Shown: positions 21,006-30,421 of the stretch, one piece after another
Position numbering within the stretch: the first letter of the stretch is position 1
Layout of the letters: the number at the start of each line of letters is the position of its first letter
From: Chloropicon primus
Taxonomy: Eukaryota
Length of the DNA stretch: 64,000 bases
Assembly: GCA_023205875.1 (NCBI GenBank)
Contig: CP060755.1
Span: 1,674,001 to 1,738,000 of the forward strand
Direction: 5' to 3'
Translations under genes and position numbers: made by a program
The notes under the pieces: generated by a model
Databases searched by the model: none
Seen by the model: the letters and a program-made list of their open reading frames with translations, nothing else
Told to the model about the DNA's origin: nothing

Positions 21006-21437
21006 ACTTGTTGAGGGGCAGGAAACACGATCCCACTCTCCAAGGAGGGGTTGACTCCCCCCAGGAGGGCCCAATTGGGCCAAGAGAGCCAAGAAGAAAC
21101 GGAATACTGTATTCCCTGGCCCGGCGTTCCGGATTCCTCTCCTCCCTCCCCAATCCTCCTCCCTCCCTCCTTGGAGCCGTCAAAGGCCCGGTTCCTCTTT
21201 CCTCGTTCCTCTTCCATCTCCACGCTCGCCCCGGTCTCCGTCCCCAGGGAATTCGAGGTGAGGGGGAGGCTGGCTCCTTATCCACAAAGGGGGAAAAGGG
21301 CGGACGACGACGACAACGACGACGGACGAGAGAGGAGCGCGGGGGCGACGCGTGCGTGGGACGAAACGTACATTACATTGAGCAGTACCAACCGCACGTG
21401 GTCCAACGACTGAGTTTCGGCTGCTGAAGGAAGGAAG

Positions 21438-22196
21438 ATGGTGGTGACCGCGAGAACGAGCTTCGTCGGCAAGCCACTCGCCGGCGCGAGGCGACAGGTG
21501 CAGGCGGTGCAAGGGGGGAGGCAGGCGGCTGCGAGGAGGAACACTCTCGTCACGAGGGCACAGGTCGCCGAGGTCGCCGTGCTGAACGAGACGGGGGAGA
21601 AGACGGGGACCAAGTCGCTCGACCTGAAGAGCGCGGGGGAGAACTCCAAGGGACTCGTGCACAGGTACGTCGTCCACGTCCTTCGCAACCAGCGCCAAGG
21701 CACCTCGAGCACCAAGACGAGGGGAGAAGTCAGGGGGGGTGGCAGGAAGCCCTACCAGCAGAAGGGCACCGGAAACGCCAGGAGGGGCTCCAAGAGGTCG
21801 CCCCTGATCCCCGGTGGTGGAATCATCTTCGGGCCCAAGCCGAGGGACTGGAGCGCGAAGATGAACAAGAAGGAGAGGAGGCTCGCCCTGAGCTCGGCCT
21901 TGGTGAACGCCGCGGAGAGCATCACCGTGGTCCCCGACCTGGACGGGAAGTTCGACGACATGAAGACCAAGTCCGTGGTGAGCGCCCTCTCGAGCTTCGG
22001 CGTCGAGGAGGGGGAGAAGGTCCTGCTGATCACCAAGAACCAGGAGAACGAGGGCTTGTACCTGGGAGGACGAAACATCCCAAAGCTCTGCTTCAACGTG
22101 ATGGACAACATCCACATCTACGACCTCCTTAACGCGGACAAGATACTGATGGAGGAGTCTGTTGTACCATACATCGAGGAGAAGTTCGGGGCCTAG
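21438..22196 (+). CDS. RPL4: Plastid 50S ribosomal protein L4
   Basis: RQGTSSTKTRGEVRGGGRKPYQQKGTGNARRGS and GGGIIFGPKPRDW; transit peptide. Confidence 0.95.
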   Translation: MVVTARTSFVGKPLAGARRQVQAVQGGRQAAARRNTLVTRAQVAEVAVLNETGEKTGTKSLDLKSAGENSKGLVHRYVVHVLRNQRQGTSSTKTRGEVRGGGRKPYQQKGTGNARRGSKRSPLIPGGGIIFGPKPRDWSAKMNKKERRLALSSALVNAAESITVVPDLDGKFDDMKTKSVVSALSSFGVEEGEKVLLITKNQENEGLYLGGRNIPKLCFNVMDNIHIYDLLNADKILMEESVVPYIEEKFGA

Positions 22197-22282
22197 GGGA
22201 GGTTGGAGATCGAAAACTTGTAACCTTACCCGGCGCTCGGGGACCATATGTAGATCGAAAGGGTGGGAAAATTTTACTTTGT

Positions 22283-22351
22283 TCTTGAATCTGAGATATC
22301 TCTTTGCTTGTCTCTTGAATCTGAGATATCTCTTTGCTTGTCTCTTGAATC
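22283..22351. repeat. 30-bp tandem repeat (TCTTGAATCTGAGATATCTCTTTGCTTGTC, ~2.3 copies)
   Basis: Exact head-to-tail copies between convergent 3' ends. Confidence 0.85.
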
Positions 22352-22425
22352 ACACAACGACGACGACGCCGAGGACGGCGACGCGGGCTTGGTGAGAGAA
22401 GCGCTCGCTCGCTCGACCTCGGGCT

Positions 22426-23217
22426 TCACCCTCCGCCCTTCTTCTTGTCGCTCAGGGAGGAGTTCACCCTCAGGGTTCCCTGGAGGTCCTGCAGCTTTTG
22501 GTTGGCGCGCCAGTTCTCGATCCACGCCTCGGCCGACTTGACTCTCAGCTCCTGCTGCTGGGCGCTGATGGCCTCGGCGTCCTCCTCCCGCCTCTTCACC
22601 TGGGCCTCCGCCTCCTCGAGGGCCCTCCTCGCCGCGTCCACCGCCTTCCTGTCCTCGTCGAGGCCGGTCAGGTTCTCCTGCAGCCTCCCCAGCGTAGCCT
22701 GCTCCTCGGCCTTGATCCGCCCCCAAGTCTCCTCGGCGACTTCGGCCGCCTGCATCAGCCTGCTGATCGACGAGCCTCCCGACCCGCCCCTGGCCGCGAG
22801 CGCTCCTGAGTGCGAAAAAATCGGAAAGAGACCGGCGTGCGTCAGCATTGAACCCTCTTCGGTAGCTCCTCCTCCGCCTCCGCAATCTCATCTTTGGAGG
22901 ACATTTTCGCAGCGAGAGAGAGACCACTCACCGCCCGCGGCAACAAGGCACGCGACGATCCCCCCGAGGACGTAGGTCGGGTTCGAGACCACGGCCTCGA
23001 CGGAGATGGGCGCCGCGAGGGATGCCGAGGTCACCGTCTCCACCACCGCTCCCGGCTCCGCCTTGGCCACCACCCTCTTCTTCCCAGTGTAACGCCCCGG
23101 CAAGTCCTCGATTCCCTTGGTTCTCTCCCTCCCCTGGTTCCCCTGCGCCCACCTCCTTGTCTCCCTCCCCCCGACCCTCCCCCCAATCCTCCCCGTGCTC
23201 ACCATCGTGCTCCTCAT
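22426..23217 (-). CDS. Hypothetical coiled-coil protein with transit-peptide-like leader, one intron (~22972-22808)
   Basis: Two minus-strand ORF segments; heptad-rich C-terminal exon (AEAWIENWRANQK). Confidence 0.55.
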
Positions 23218-23365
23218 CCTCGTCCTCGTCCCCGTCCAAGCCAAACCCAACGCCCGAACCAATCTTCCGTTCAAGCCCAATGCCCAACCCTGCACCCAGG
23301 AGAAAAGCTTCCAATTGGCTCTCCTAATCTGATCCCACGTTACAGTTATTTAAGACATTAACGCA

Positions 23366-23739
23366 TTAACACTAATTAACGCTGTCCAATCCTCGTGCTG
23401 CTGTTGCCCTGCTCGGCCCGAAACGAGGCGGCTTTTGTTCGGGAACGTGCGATGTGTTGGGAACGGGAGCTCAGGCGGCTCGACCTGTCTACACCGCACG
23501 TCAAATAACCCAATGGCAGGTTACCCACACCAGACTACGCCGTCATCTCTGAGACAAGTCCAATGGACAAGGAGCCCTCGCGGTGACGTAGTCAAGGGAG
23601 GCTTGTGATCCCTCGCCGGGGGATACAGAGGGATGCTACTGGACCACAAGCCTCCCGGGCGCTGGTTCAACGCCTACACGCAAAGCACGACCATCTCCAC
23701 GAGAGCGATTCGATTGGACAGCGTTAATGGGAGTGTTAA
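23366..23739. other. Inverted-repeat-closed, highly structured ~375-nt element (MITE or unassigned ncRNA)
   Basis: ATTAACGCTGTCCAATC (23375-23391) is the exact reverse complement of 23712-23728; outer TTAACACT/AGTGTTAA; several nested internal stems. Confidence 0.7.
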
Positions 23740-23865
23740 CTCGGAATCCGGGGCCTGAGGGACTACTTGAAGACCAAGTTTCGTGGCAGGATCTTCTTCG
23801 TGGACGAGTACCTTACGGCCCGTGATGTGAACGACCAAGCGAGCTGGTGGCAGTCTCACTTGTAG
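23740..23865 (+). pseudogene. Short Fanzor1/TnpB-like RuvC relic
   Basis: Reads LGIRGLRDYLKTKFRGRIFFVDEYLTARDVN..., resembling the Fanzor1 '..L....F....vDEy.TS' motif joined to 'RDvN'. Confidence 0.45.
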
Positions 23866-24537
23866 CGTCCACAACGTCGTAAAATAACAATTCGTCATTT
23901 TACAAGCCAATCAACTTTACAAGCGATGATCTTCTTCTTCCTCTCCCTCGCCATCCTTCCCTGAGAGAGACAGAGAGAGGTAGGGTGAAGGACTTCCACT
24001 TCGTCACCCTCCCTCCCTCCTCCCGCCTCTCCCTCCCTCCTGCTTGCCTCCTCCTCCTCCTCCTGCCTTGGCCTTGGGGCTTTATGCAGAATTCTTGTGG
24101 CTGGGATGCGCCCAGGGGGGAGAGGCAGAAGATCCTCTATCTCTCTCTCTCTCTCGAGCCGGGCGACGGCGAGCGAAGCGGCCGAGAGGCGCGGCCGGAA
24201 GCGTAGCGCTTCTCCTCATCTCACGAGCTTTCCAACGACCTCTCGGCCTTGGGGAACGGCCAGAGGGTGAACAAGCGGCGGGCGGCGATGGCAGGGGACG
24301 GCTGGTTGGCGAGGACTTTGACGACGAGTGAGGCGAGCGAGTGTGTGTGTGTGGGAGGCATGGGAGGACCGCGACCGAATCTCTAGGGGCGGGAACACCG
24401 AGCATATATCACGTACGTACGCACGCACGCACAGAGAGAGGCACAGACACAGACACGGCGGACACACACACACACACACACACACAGACGGGGACAGGCA
24501 GACCTCCTTATCCTATCCGTCAGGGGGGACCTCGAGG

Positions 24538-26310
24538 ATGAGGGAGAGGAAGAGGGCGACGGGGGAGGGAGAGGAGCCCGGGACGTCGAGGAGGAGGGTG
24601 TGCGAGGAGGCGGGAAGGAATGGGGGCTGCTCGGCGTCGACCTCGGGGAAGCAAGGGTCGGGTTCGAGCTCCAACAACAACTCCCAGGAGAGGTTCTGGG
24701 AGTTCAACCAGGGCGGGAAGGACGCCACGCTGCAGGAGCGGTGGGTCGGGGGGAGCGGGATATTGAGGAAAATTGCGAGGAGGGAGTTCGTGAGCGCCCC
24801 GCCGTCGAGCTCGATCAACTCCATCCGGAAGATGTGCATGGACATCTACCCCTGCAAGTCTTGCATCGCGTCCACGGTTCCGGAGTTTCACATTCGGGCG
24901 TTCACGCCGGACGGCCAGTTCCTCGTGTGCTTCAGCCTGGACCTGCGGCGGGTTCTCGTGTACCGGTACTGCAGGAAGGACCGGGGGAGCTCGCTGTCGG
25001 CCAGCGAGTCCGTCGACACCTTCCTGAGAAAAGTGTTCGAGCTCAACGTGTGCCAGGAGGGGGAGCAGCTGTGCAAGACCTTCTCCGTCACCGTGAAGCA
25101 GGGGAGGTACTTCATTCTCGCGAGCTCGACCACCTCCAACCTGCTGTCCAGCGTGGCGGAGAGGGCGCCCACGTTCGAGAGGGTGACGTTGCACGTCATC
25201 GACCTGGAGAACGGCGTGAAGAGCGACGAGAAAGTTTTCAAGAAGGACTTCATTTGGCTGACCCAGAACAACGGCATCTCGGTGCACGACAACACCCTCG
25301 CGGTGCTCTCCGTGAAGAAGCAGACGATCCACTTCTTCCACATCAACGCTCTGGGGAAGCTGGTCAAGATAAGGTCGGTCGGGGAGTTCATCTACGAGGA
25401 CGACGAACTGGCGCTCTTGGAAGGCTCGGAGTCCGAGACCGCGGCGGCGGGCGGGGGCTCGGGCGCCGAGGAGGGGGGAGTCCGAGGGAGGGGGTCCGGA
25501 GCTCCGGACGCGAAGCCGTACACCGGGATTCAACAGAGGCTTCTGGGCTACCTGGTGACCCGGGCGCTCAAAGCTGGCAGCACGCCGGGGCAGAACGAGA
25601 TCCTCAAGGACTTCTTCTTCCACTTCAAGGAGTACCATGGCTTGATCATGTGGAAGATGCAGATGCTGGACAGCGAGCACTTGCTGATCAAGTTCGACAA
25701 GAGCCCCTTCTCGGGAAGCATTGACTCGCAGGCCGTGCACGCGAGGTACTCGGGGGTCTTCAACGTCCAGTCGGGCGTCTTCGTCTGCTTCTTCTTGAAC
25801 CGGAACGAGGAGCTGGCGTACTTGTACCAAAACTTCACGGACTTCTTTAGGCCTGCACAGCATGACCACCTGTGGTCCAGGTTCGTCAGCTCCTACTCGA
25901 ACGACCAGTTTCTTCGCGCCCAGATCGTGAAGCAGAGGGACAGGTACAACAAGATTTATGGCTCGGAGTCCGAGCTGTCGAAGCAGTTGGCCTCCTTCCT
26001 GCCACTGAGTCCCCAAATGACGAACTCGAGCCCCTACTTGGACGCCAGGCTGTTCCAGTTTGACGACAGATTTGTTTCCCCGTACAACTGTCCGAGGCCA
26101 ATTGCCGAGCACGCGATCAAATTCTTGACGAGGAAGTACGGGAATTGTGTGTTTAAGATCTTGCCCCTGACAGAGGATTCGGATGCAGAGGACGAGGGCG
26201 TTGAGGGCTATGCGACGTTTTGCTTCCACCCCACCCTTCCCTTTGTGATCTCCTCCATGTACAGTAATCAGTTGGTAGGTCCCAGGGTCATGAAATTCTA
26301 CTACAGATGA
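24538..26310 (+). CDS. DET1: De-etiolated 1 (CRL4 CDD complex subunit)
   Basis: FTPDGQFLVCFS, LAVLSVKKQTIHFF, WKMQMLDSEHLLIKF, SSPYLDARLFQFD and FHPTLPFVIS. Confidence 0.92.
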   Translation: MRERKRATGEGEEPGTSRRRVCEEAGRNGGCSASTSGKQGSGSSSNNNSQERFWEFNQGGKDATLQERWVGGSGILRKIARREFVSAPPSSSINSIRKMCMDIYPCKSCIASTVPEFHIRAFTPDGQFLVCFSLDLRRVLVYRYCRKDRGSSLSASESVDTFLRKVFELNVCQEGEQLCKTFSVTVKQGRYFILASSTTSNLLSSVAERAPTFERVTLHVIDLENGVKSDEKVFKKDFIWLTQNNGISVHDNTLAVLSVKKQTIHFFHINALGKLVKIRSVGEFIYEDDELALLEGSESETAAAGGGSGAEEGGVRGRGSGAPDAKPYTGIQQRLLGYLVTRALKAGSTPGQNEILKDFFFHFKEYHGLIMWKMQMLDSEHLLIKFDKSPFSGSIDSQAVHARYSGVFNVQSGVFVCFFLNRNEELAYLYQNFTDFFRPAQHDHLWSRFVSSYSNDQFLRAQIVKQRDRYNKIYGSESELSKQLASFLPLSPQMTNSSPYLDARLFQFDDRFVSPYNCPRPIAEHAIKFLTRKYGNCVFKILPLTEDSDAEDEGVEGYATFCFHPTLPFVISSMYSNQLVGPRVMKFYYR

Positions 26311-26422
26311 CCAACGACGACGACGACGGCGACCGTGTGGTGTGTGTAAAAATTTTTAGAAGAAAACGCTTCATTTTTTGGGGGGCATCCATTGCCTTGC
26401 TGTCCCTCGGCACGCATGCTTT

Positions 26423-26547
26423 TTACAAGTCCTCCGCAGGGAAGCCTCGCACGGGAGGAACCGCCAACGCCGTCTTCCTGAGCTCCAGAACTTCACCCTC
26501 GTCGAGCTGCCAACCCACCGCTTAGCGTAGCCCAAAAAGCATTCACA

Positions 26548-26597
<50 letters not shown>

Positions 26598-27717
26598 AGC
26601 GTGGGAGATACAAAGGACAATGGAAGCTGCCCTTGCCTGACTCACCGCCCATGATGTCCTCGACCTGTTCCCTGTTTTTCGCCCCCGGAATCACAGTTAC
26701 GTCTGGATTGCAAAGCAGCCAGTTCAGCGCAACCTGCGTGCTGGATTTTCCTCCGTGGTTTTCGCCAATCTCCTTCATGAGCTCCAGCAATGGCTTTGCC
26801 TTCCTCATGAACTCCTGATTGTAGATCCTGGACCTCGCGCCGCTCGGCAAGTTGTCCTCGTCGTACTTTGAGGTGAGGATTCCTTGTGCCAAGGGCGAGT
26901 AGGCGATGACTGTCACACCAAGCTCCCTGCACTTCTCCAAAACCCCGTTCGTCTCCGGCAGGCGGTAAAGCAAGTTATAGTGAATCTGGTTGGAGGCCAG
27001 TGGCACTCCTAACTCTTTCAGCCGCTTGTGCGCCTCAGCAAGGCGCTTGTCGCTGTAGTTGGAAACACCAACACTCTTGGTGAGACCCTGCTTCACGCAC
27101 TCCTCCAGGCCTTCAAGGTACTCGTCGTTGAACCAAAGGCCCGGCCAGTGCAGCTGGTAAAGGTCGCAAGACTCTGTCTTGCACCGAGAGAGCGAGGCAC
27201 GGAGAGCATCAGGGACCGCGCCCTTGGAGAATCGCCAGGGAAGCGCCGCGAACTTGGTCGCGATTTTCGGCCTCGCCAAAGGAATTCCTGCCTCGCCAGT
27301 CGTCATGGAGTCCCTGATGAACCTGCCGAGGATCCTCTCGCTCTCTCCTCCTATGCCGCCGTAAACTTCTGCCGTGTCGATCCAAGCATCCTCTTCGGCG
27401 AGCTCCAGGTAAGCGTCGTACGCTCCCCGCGCGAGTCCCTCCTTCTCCGCAGACCAGCCGTCGTTCCAATAGAGTGCGTCGCCCCAAGACCACGCTCCGA
27501 TGCCGATCGGCGCAACCTTCGTCGGGCCCAAGTCTCTCGACGAGGACGTCACGAGCTCCTCCGTCCCAGTCCCAGCACTCGAAGCGATCCTCGTCCTGGC
27601 CCTGGCCCTGTTCCTCGTGCTCGTTGTCTTCCTCCAAGGCGCCGCCGCGTTGATGCCCCCCGCCGTCCTCAGCGCTCCCCCCCTCGTAGCCATCTTCTCA
27701 CCCACCACCACGTCCAT
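26423..27717 (-). CDS. Plastid aldo-keto reductase (pyridoxal-reductase-like); last exon ~26520-26423
   Basis: IGIGAWSWGD, IDTAEVYG, ATKFAALPWR, LYQLHWPG and AYSPLAQG; GTGAGT donor then exon AVGWQLDEGEV...FPAEDL*. Confidence 0.88.
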
Positions 27718-27953
27718 ACTCCACGCCCTCGCTCGTCCCAGTCCTAGTCCGTTATTATGTCCTCCATTTTGGGCCACAAAAACAGCATCTGTTGGAGGTT
27801 TTCCCCTGTTGGTGGGATTCCAGTGTATACCAGTTTGGTCACACCCAAAGGACAACCCACAAAGCGTTTTTTTCGTGTTCTCACTTGCTGGACAAGGCCA
27901 ATCTATAGTTACGAGGAGTTACGAGGAGGGCAGCGAGTGAAACCCTACCGGTC

Positions 27954-30125
27954 ATGGCGCGATCAGGGAAGCGCCGTAAGAAAAAGGAGAAGCAGGGGAG
28001 TGGCTCGACGAGTTCCACAAGGAGGTCGCACTCTGGCGAGAGTCATGCTCAGGGCGCTTCGAAGTCGGGGCAGGAGTCTCCGACGACGGAGCGGCCGTTA
28101 CTTCGGTTCTGGAATCAGGCGTTGAAGTGGCTCTACGAGAAGTGCATGCTTCCTATCGCGGACGACCCCGCCTCTGCGGGTGAGGGTTCGAGCACGCCTC
28201 GCAAGAAGCGGGGGGGGAAGCGGAAGGAGAAGCCGCTGGACGACCCCGCCTCTGCTTTCGAGGAGGGTTCGAGCACGCCTCGCAAGAAGCGGGGGGGGAA
28301 GCGGAAGGGGCGTCCGCCGGAGGCGGACGCCTCTGCGGGTGAGAGTTCGAGCTCGTCAGGCAAGCCTCGCAAGAAGCCTCGCAAGAAGGGCAAGAAGAAG
28401 AACAAGAAGAAGGGTAAGAAGAAGAAGAACAAGAGGGGGAAGAAAGCAGGGAAGCAGCCGGGTGGCTTGGCGGACGACAGCGTGAAGAAGACCTGGTTCT
28501 CATCGATGAAGAGAGAACTTGAAGAGGTAAAGTGTCCGAAGACGGGATGGAGGTCGTGCTTGAACCTTCCAGAAGATTCTGTGGTATCCGTGGAGACATT
28601 GCAGTCGCCCGCCAAAAGGAAGAGGGGGCAGAAACTGAAGACCTCCAAGCTATTGTCGGAGCGAACGGTGATACGGACGAGGAAGCTGAGGATGCGCTTG
28701 AACCCTGAGCAGGCGAAGTGCCTTTGCAACTGGATGGGAGCTGCGCGTTTCACATACAACAAGTGTTTGGAGGCGGTCAAGAAGGAGGGTTTTCCGCTGG
28801 TTTGGACCGTCCTGCTGGACAGATTTGTGACGGCCAAACCGCGACGCCCTGAGGTCTTTGAGGGCCTGGAGAAAGAGCTGAAAGAAATCCAATGCTCTCC
28901 ACGGCCATGGACAAAACAGGAGGCAGAGCTTTTCGCGGCCAGAGAGAAGAGACTCGAGAGCCAAATTGGAGGCAGACGATTTCGCGCCGAAGTGGCCAAG
29001 GACCGGGACTACGTTAGCGGGGCCTTTGTAAATCAGAAGCATCCTTGGCTGAAGGATACCCCCTGTGCCATCAGACAAGCTGCCGTGCGAAGTCTCATCA
29101 AGGCATGGGATTCGAACATCGCGAAGCAGGAAGCGATGAAGGAGCGCGGCGAGGAGAAGGGGCACCGCTTCGTTCTCAAGTATCGTCAACGTCAGCAACC
29201 GAGCTCTTGGACCATTGAAATTGATGCAAGAGAGTTAAAGAACGTGGAGACGATCGAAAGGCCAAACACGAGGCACAAGGATGACACCAAGCACAACAAA
29301 CGACGCAAGTGGACCAAGCTGGAGGTGTTCAAGAAGAAGATGGCCGGCGGGCCCCTGTACTTGACGGAGGAGATCCCCGGGGGCAAGATCGAGGGTGCCG
29401 TGAAGATCACAAGAAATCGCCTTGGGCAGTTCCACATGCACATTCCTATCGCGACGCCATGGGATCGCCTGCCACCCCTGAAGCCTGAGAAGAAGCGGAA
29501 GGTTGTCGCCCTGGATCCGGGAGTCAGGACCTTTCAGACGTCGTACTCGCCGCAAGAAGGCGTCGGGGAGTATGCCAAGGGCGAGCGAGGCTTCGCGAGG
29601 CTGTTCCACCTCTGCCGGAGGATTGATGAGATCATTTCCGAGCGCAAAGACCCAAAGGTGAAGCTCCCTTACCTCGACCGCCGCGACTTGAAGAGACAGC
29701 AATACGCCTGCATGGAGAAACTTCGAGGTCTGACGAACGAGCTTCACAAAAAGGTAGCCAACGATCTATGCAGGAGGTTCGACACAATCCTCCTCCCGGA
29801 GTTCAAGTCCCAAGACATGGTGAAGAAGAACAACAACGGGAGACGCCGAGTGATCAGGAAGAAGACGGCTCGCACGCTCTTGACGTTGAGGCACTATGCG
29901 TTCAGAACGTTCTTGGCTTCCAAGGTGCTCTTGCACGGCAGTGAGCTGGCGATCGTGACGGAGGAGTACACCTCCAAGACCTGTGGCAGGTGCGGACACA
30001 TCAAGAAGAACCTGGGTGGAGCAGAGGTGTACAAGTGCCAGAAGTGTGGCTTCAAGTGCGGTCGGGATGTGAACGGGGCACGCAACGTCCTCCTGAAGCA
30101 CTTGCGTCAACCAAAAAGTGTGTAA
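27954..30125 (+). CDS. Fanzor (eukaryotic TnpB-family RNA-guided endonuclease), Fanzor2/IS607-TnpB-like
   Basis: OrfB-type HTH (RMRLNPEQ...WMGAARFTYNKCL); RuvC-I VVALDPGVRTF (D521); RuvC-II ILLPEF (E616); EEYTSKTCGRCG...YKCQKCGF zinc ribbon; RuvC-III RDVNGARN (D705). Confidence 0.95.
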   Translation: MARSGKRRKKKEKQGSGSTSSTRRSHSGESHAQGASKSGQESPTTERPLLRFWNQALKWLYEKCMLPIADDPASAGEGSSTPRKKRGGKRKEKPLDDPASAFEEGSSTPRKKRGGKRKGRPPEADASAGESSSSSGKPRKKPRKKGKKKNKKKGKKKKNKRGKKAGKQPGGLADDSVKKTWFSSMKRELEEVKCPKTGWRSCLNLPEDSVVSVETLQSPAKRKRGQKLKTSKLLSERTVIRTRKLRMRLNPEQAKCLCNWMGAARFTYNKCLEAVKKEGFPLVWTVLLDRFVTAKPRRPEVFEGLEKELKEIQCSPRPWTKQEAELFAAREKRLESQIGGRRFRAEVAKDRDYVSGAFVNQKHPWLKDTPCAIRQAAVRSLIKAWDSNIAKQEAMKERGEEKGHRFVLKYRQRQQPSSWTIEIDARELKNVETIERPNTRHKDDTKHNKRRKWTKLEVFKKKMAGGPLYLTEEIPGGKIEGAVKITRNRLGQFHMHIPIATPWDRLPPLKPEKKRKVVALDPGVRTFQTSYSPQEGVGEYAKGERGFARLFHLCRRIDEIISERKDPKVKLPYLDRRDLKRQQYACMEKLRGLTNELHKKVANDLCRRFDTILLPEFKSQDMVKKNNNGRRRVIRKKTARTLLTLRHYAFRTFLASKVLLHGSELAIVTEEYTSKTCGRCGHIKKNLGGAEVYKCQKCGFKCGRDVNGARNVLLKHLRQPKSV
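28160..28390 (+). repeat. ~78-bp coding tandem repeat in the Fanzor N-terminus (2 full copies plus 1 degenerate)
   Basis: GGACGACCCCGCCTCTGC...GGGTTCGAGCACGCCTCGCAAGAAGCGGGGGGGGAAGCGGAAGG at 28160 and 28238. Confidence 0.85.
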
Positions 30126-30421
30126 CTCCTCAGGGTTGCACATACGTTTGTTAGTACGGGCTGCCGTGCGTGGGCGGAAGTATTCGTTCATGTACGGTGG
30201 AATGGTCGTGGTAGGGCTGAATTACCCTGCCGAGAAACTTACAAACTCGGTGAAACGACCTTTGCAGAAAACTAACAGGTAAGTAGGGGCCGGTCTCCGT
30301 TCTCTCTTTCAGTGGAAAGGAGAACTTGCCTTTGTGCTTCCAGTATTGACTGTGAATTCCCTACCGTCCTTTCGTGACTTTTCTGTGTGCTGTTTTTGAT
30401 CTGATGTCTGAACACCATAAC
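30121..30421 (+). ncRNA. Candidate Fanzor omegaRNA scaffold
   Basis: Non-coding, directly 3' of Fanzor; at least 8 complementary stem pairs seen by eye. Confidence 0.6.

Larger units (their letters stand above)
27751..30421 (+). mobile_element. Non-autonomous Fanzor-carrying element (no transposase)
   Basis: Imperfect terminal IRs (GTTAT..TGT.C...CAAAAACAGCA at 27751-27787 vs TGCTGTTTTTG...ATAAC at 30388-30421); contains only the Fanzor ORF and structured RNA; ends approximate. Confidence 0.6.

Noticed and set aside
20277..21430. Cys-, Asn- or Gln-rich ORFs upstream of PKA-R
   Set aside because: Translations of TTG/TTCTTG microsatellites, not credible proteins
22283..22351. 30-bp repeat as a mini CRISPR array
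   Set aside because: Copies are head-to-tail with no spacers and there are no cas genes; a simple tandem duplication
23657..23675. tRNA-like T-loop (GGTTCAA) hairpin
   Set aside because: No cloverleaf, D-arm or anticodon arm around it
23366..23739. Telomerase RNA, RNase P/MRP RNA, SRP RNA, group II intron or HEARO RNA identity for the structured element
   Set aside because: No CCCTAAA/CCTAAA-type template, no convincing P4 (GAAAGUCC / CR-V) pair, no proper SRP helix 8 or domain V; only short chance-level resemblances
28133..28999. Antisense 288-aa ORF within the Fanzor gene
   Set aside because: Shadow of the Lys-rich sense ORF; no recognisable domain
27751..30421. Autonomous transposon
   Set aside because: No serine recombinase, Y1/HUH or DDE transposase ORF inside or beside the element
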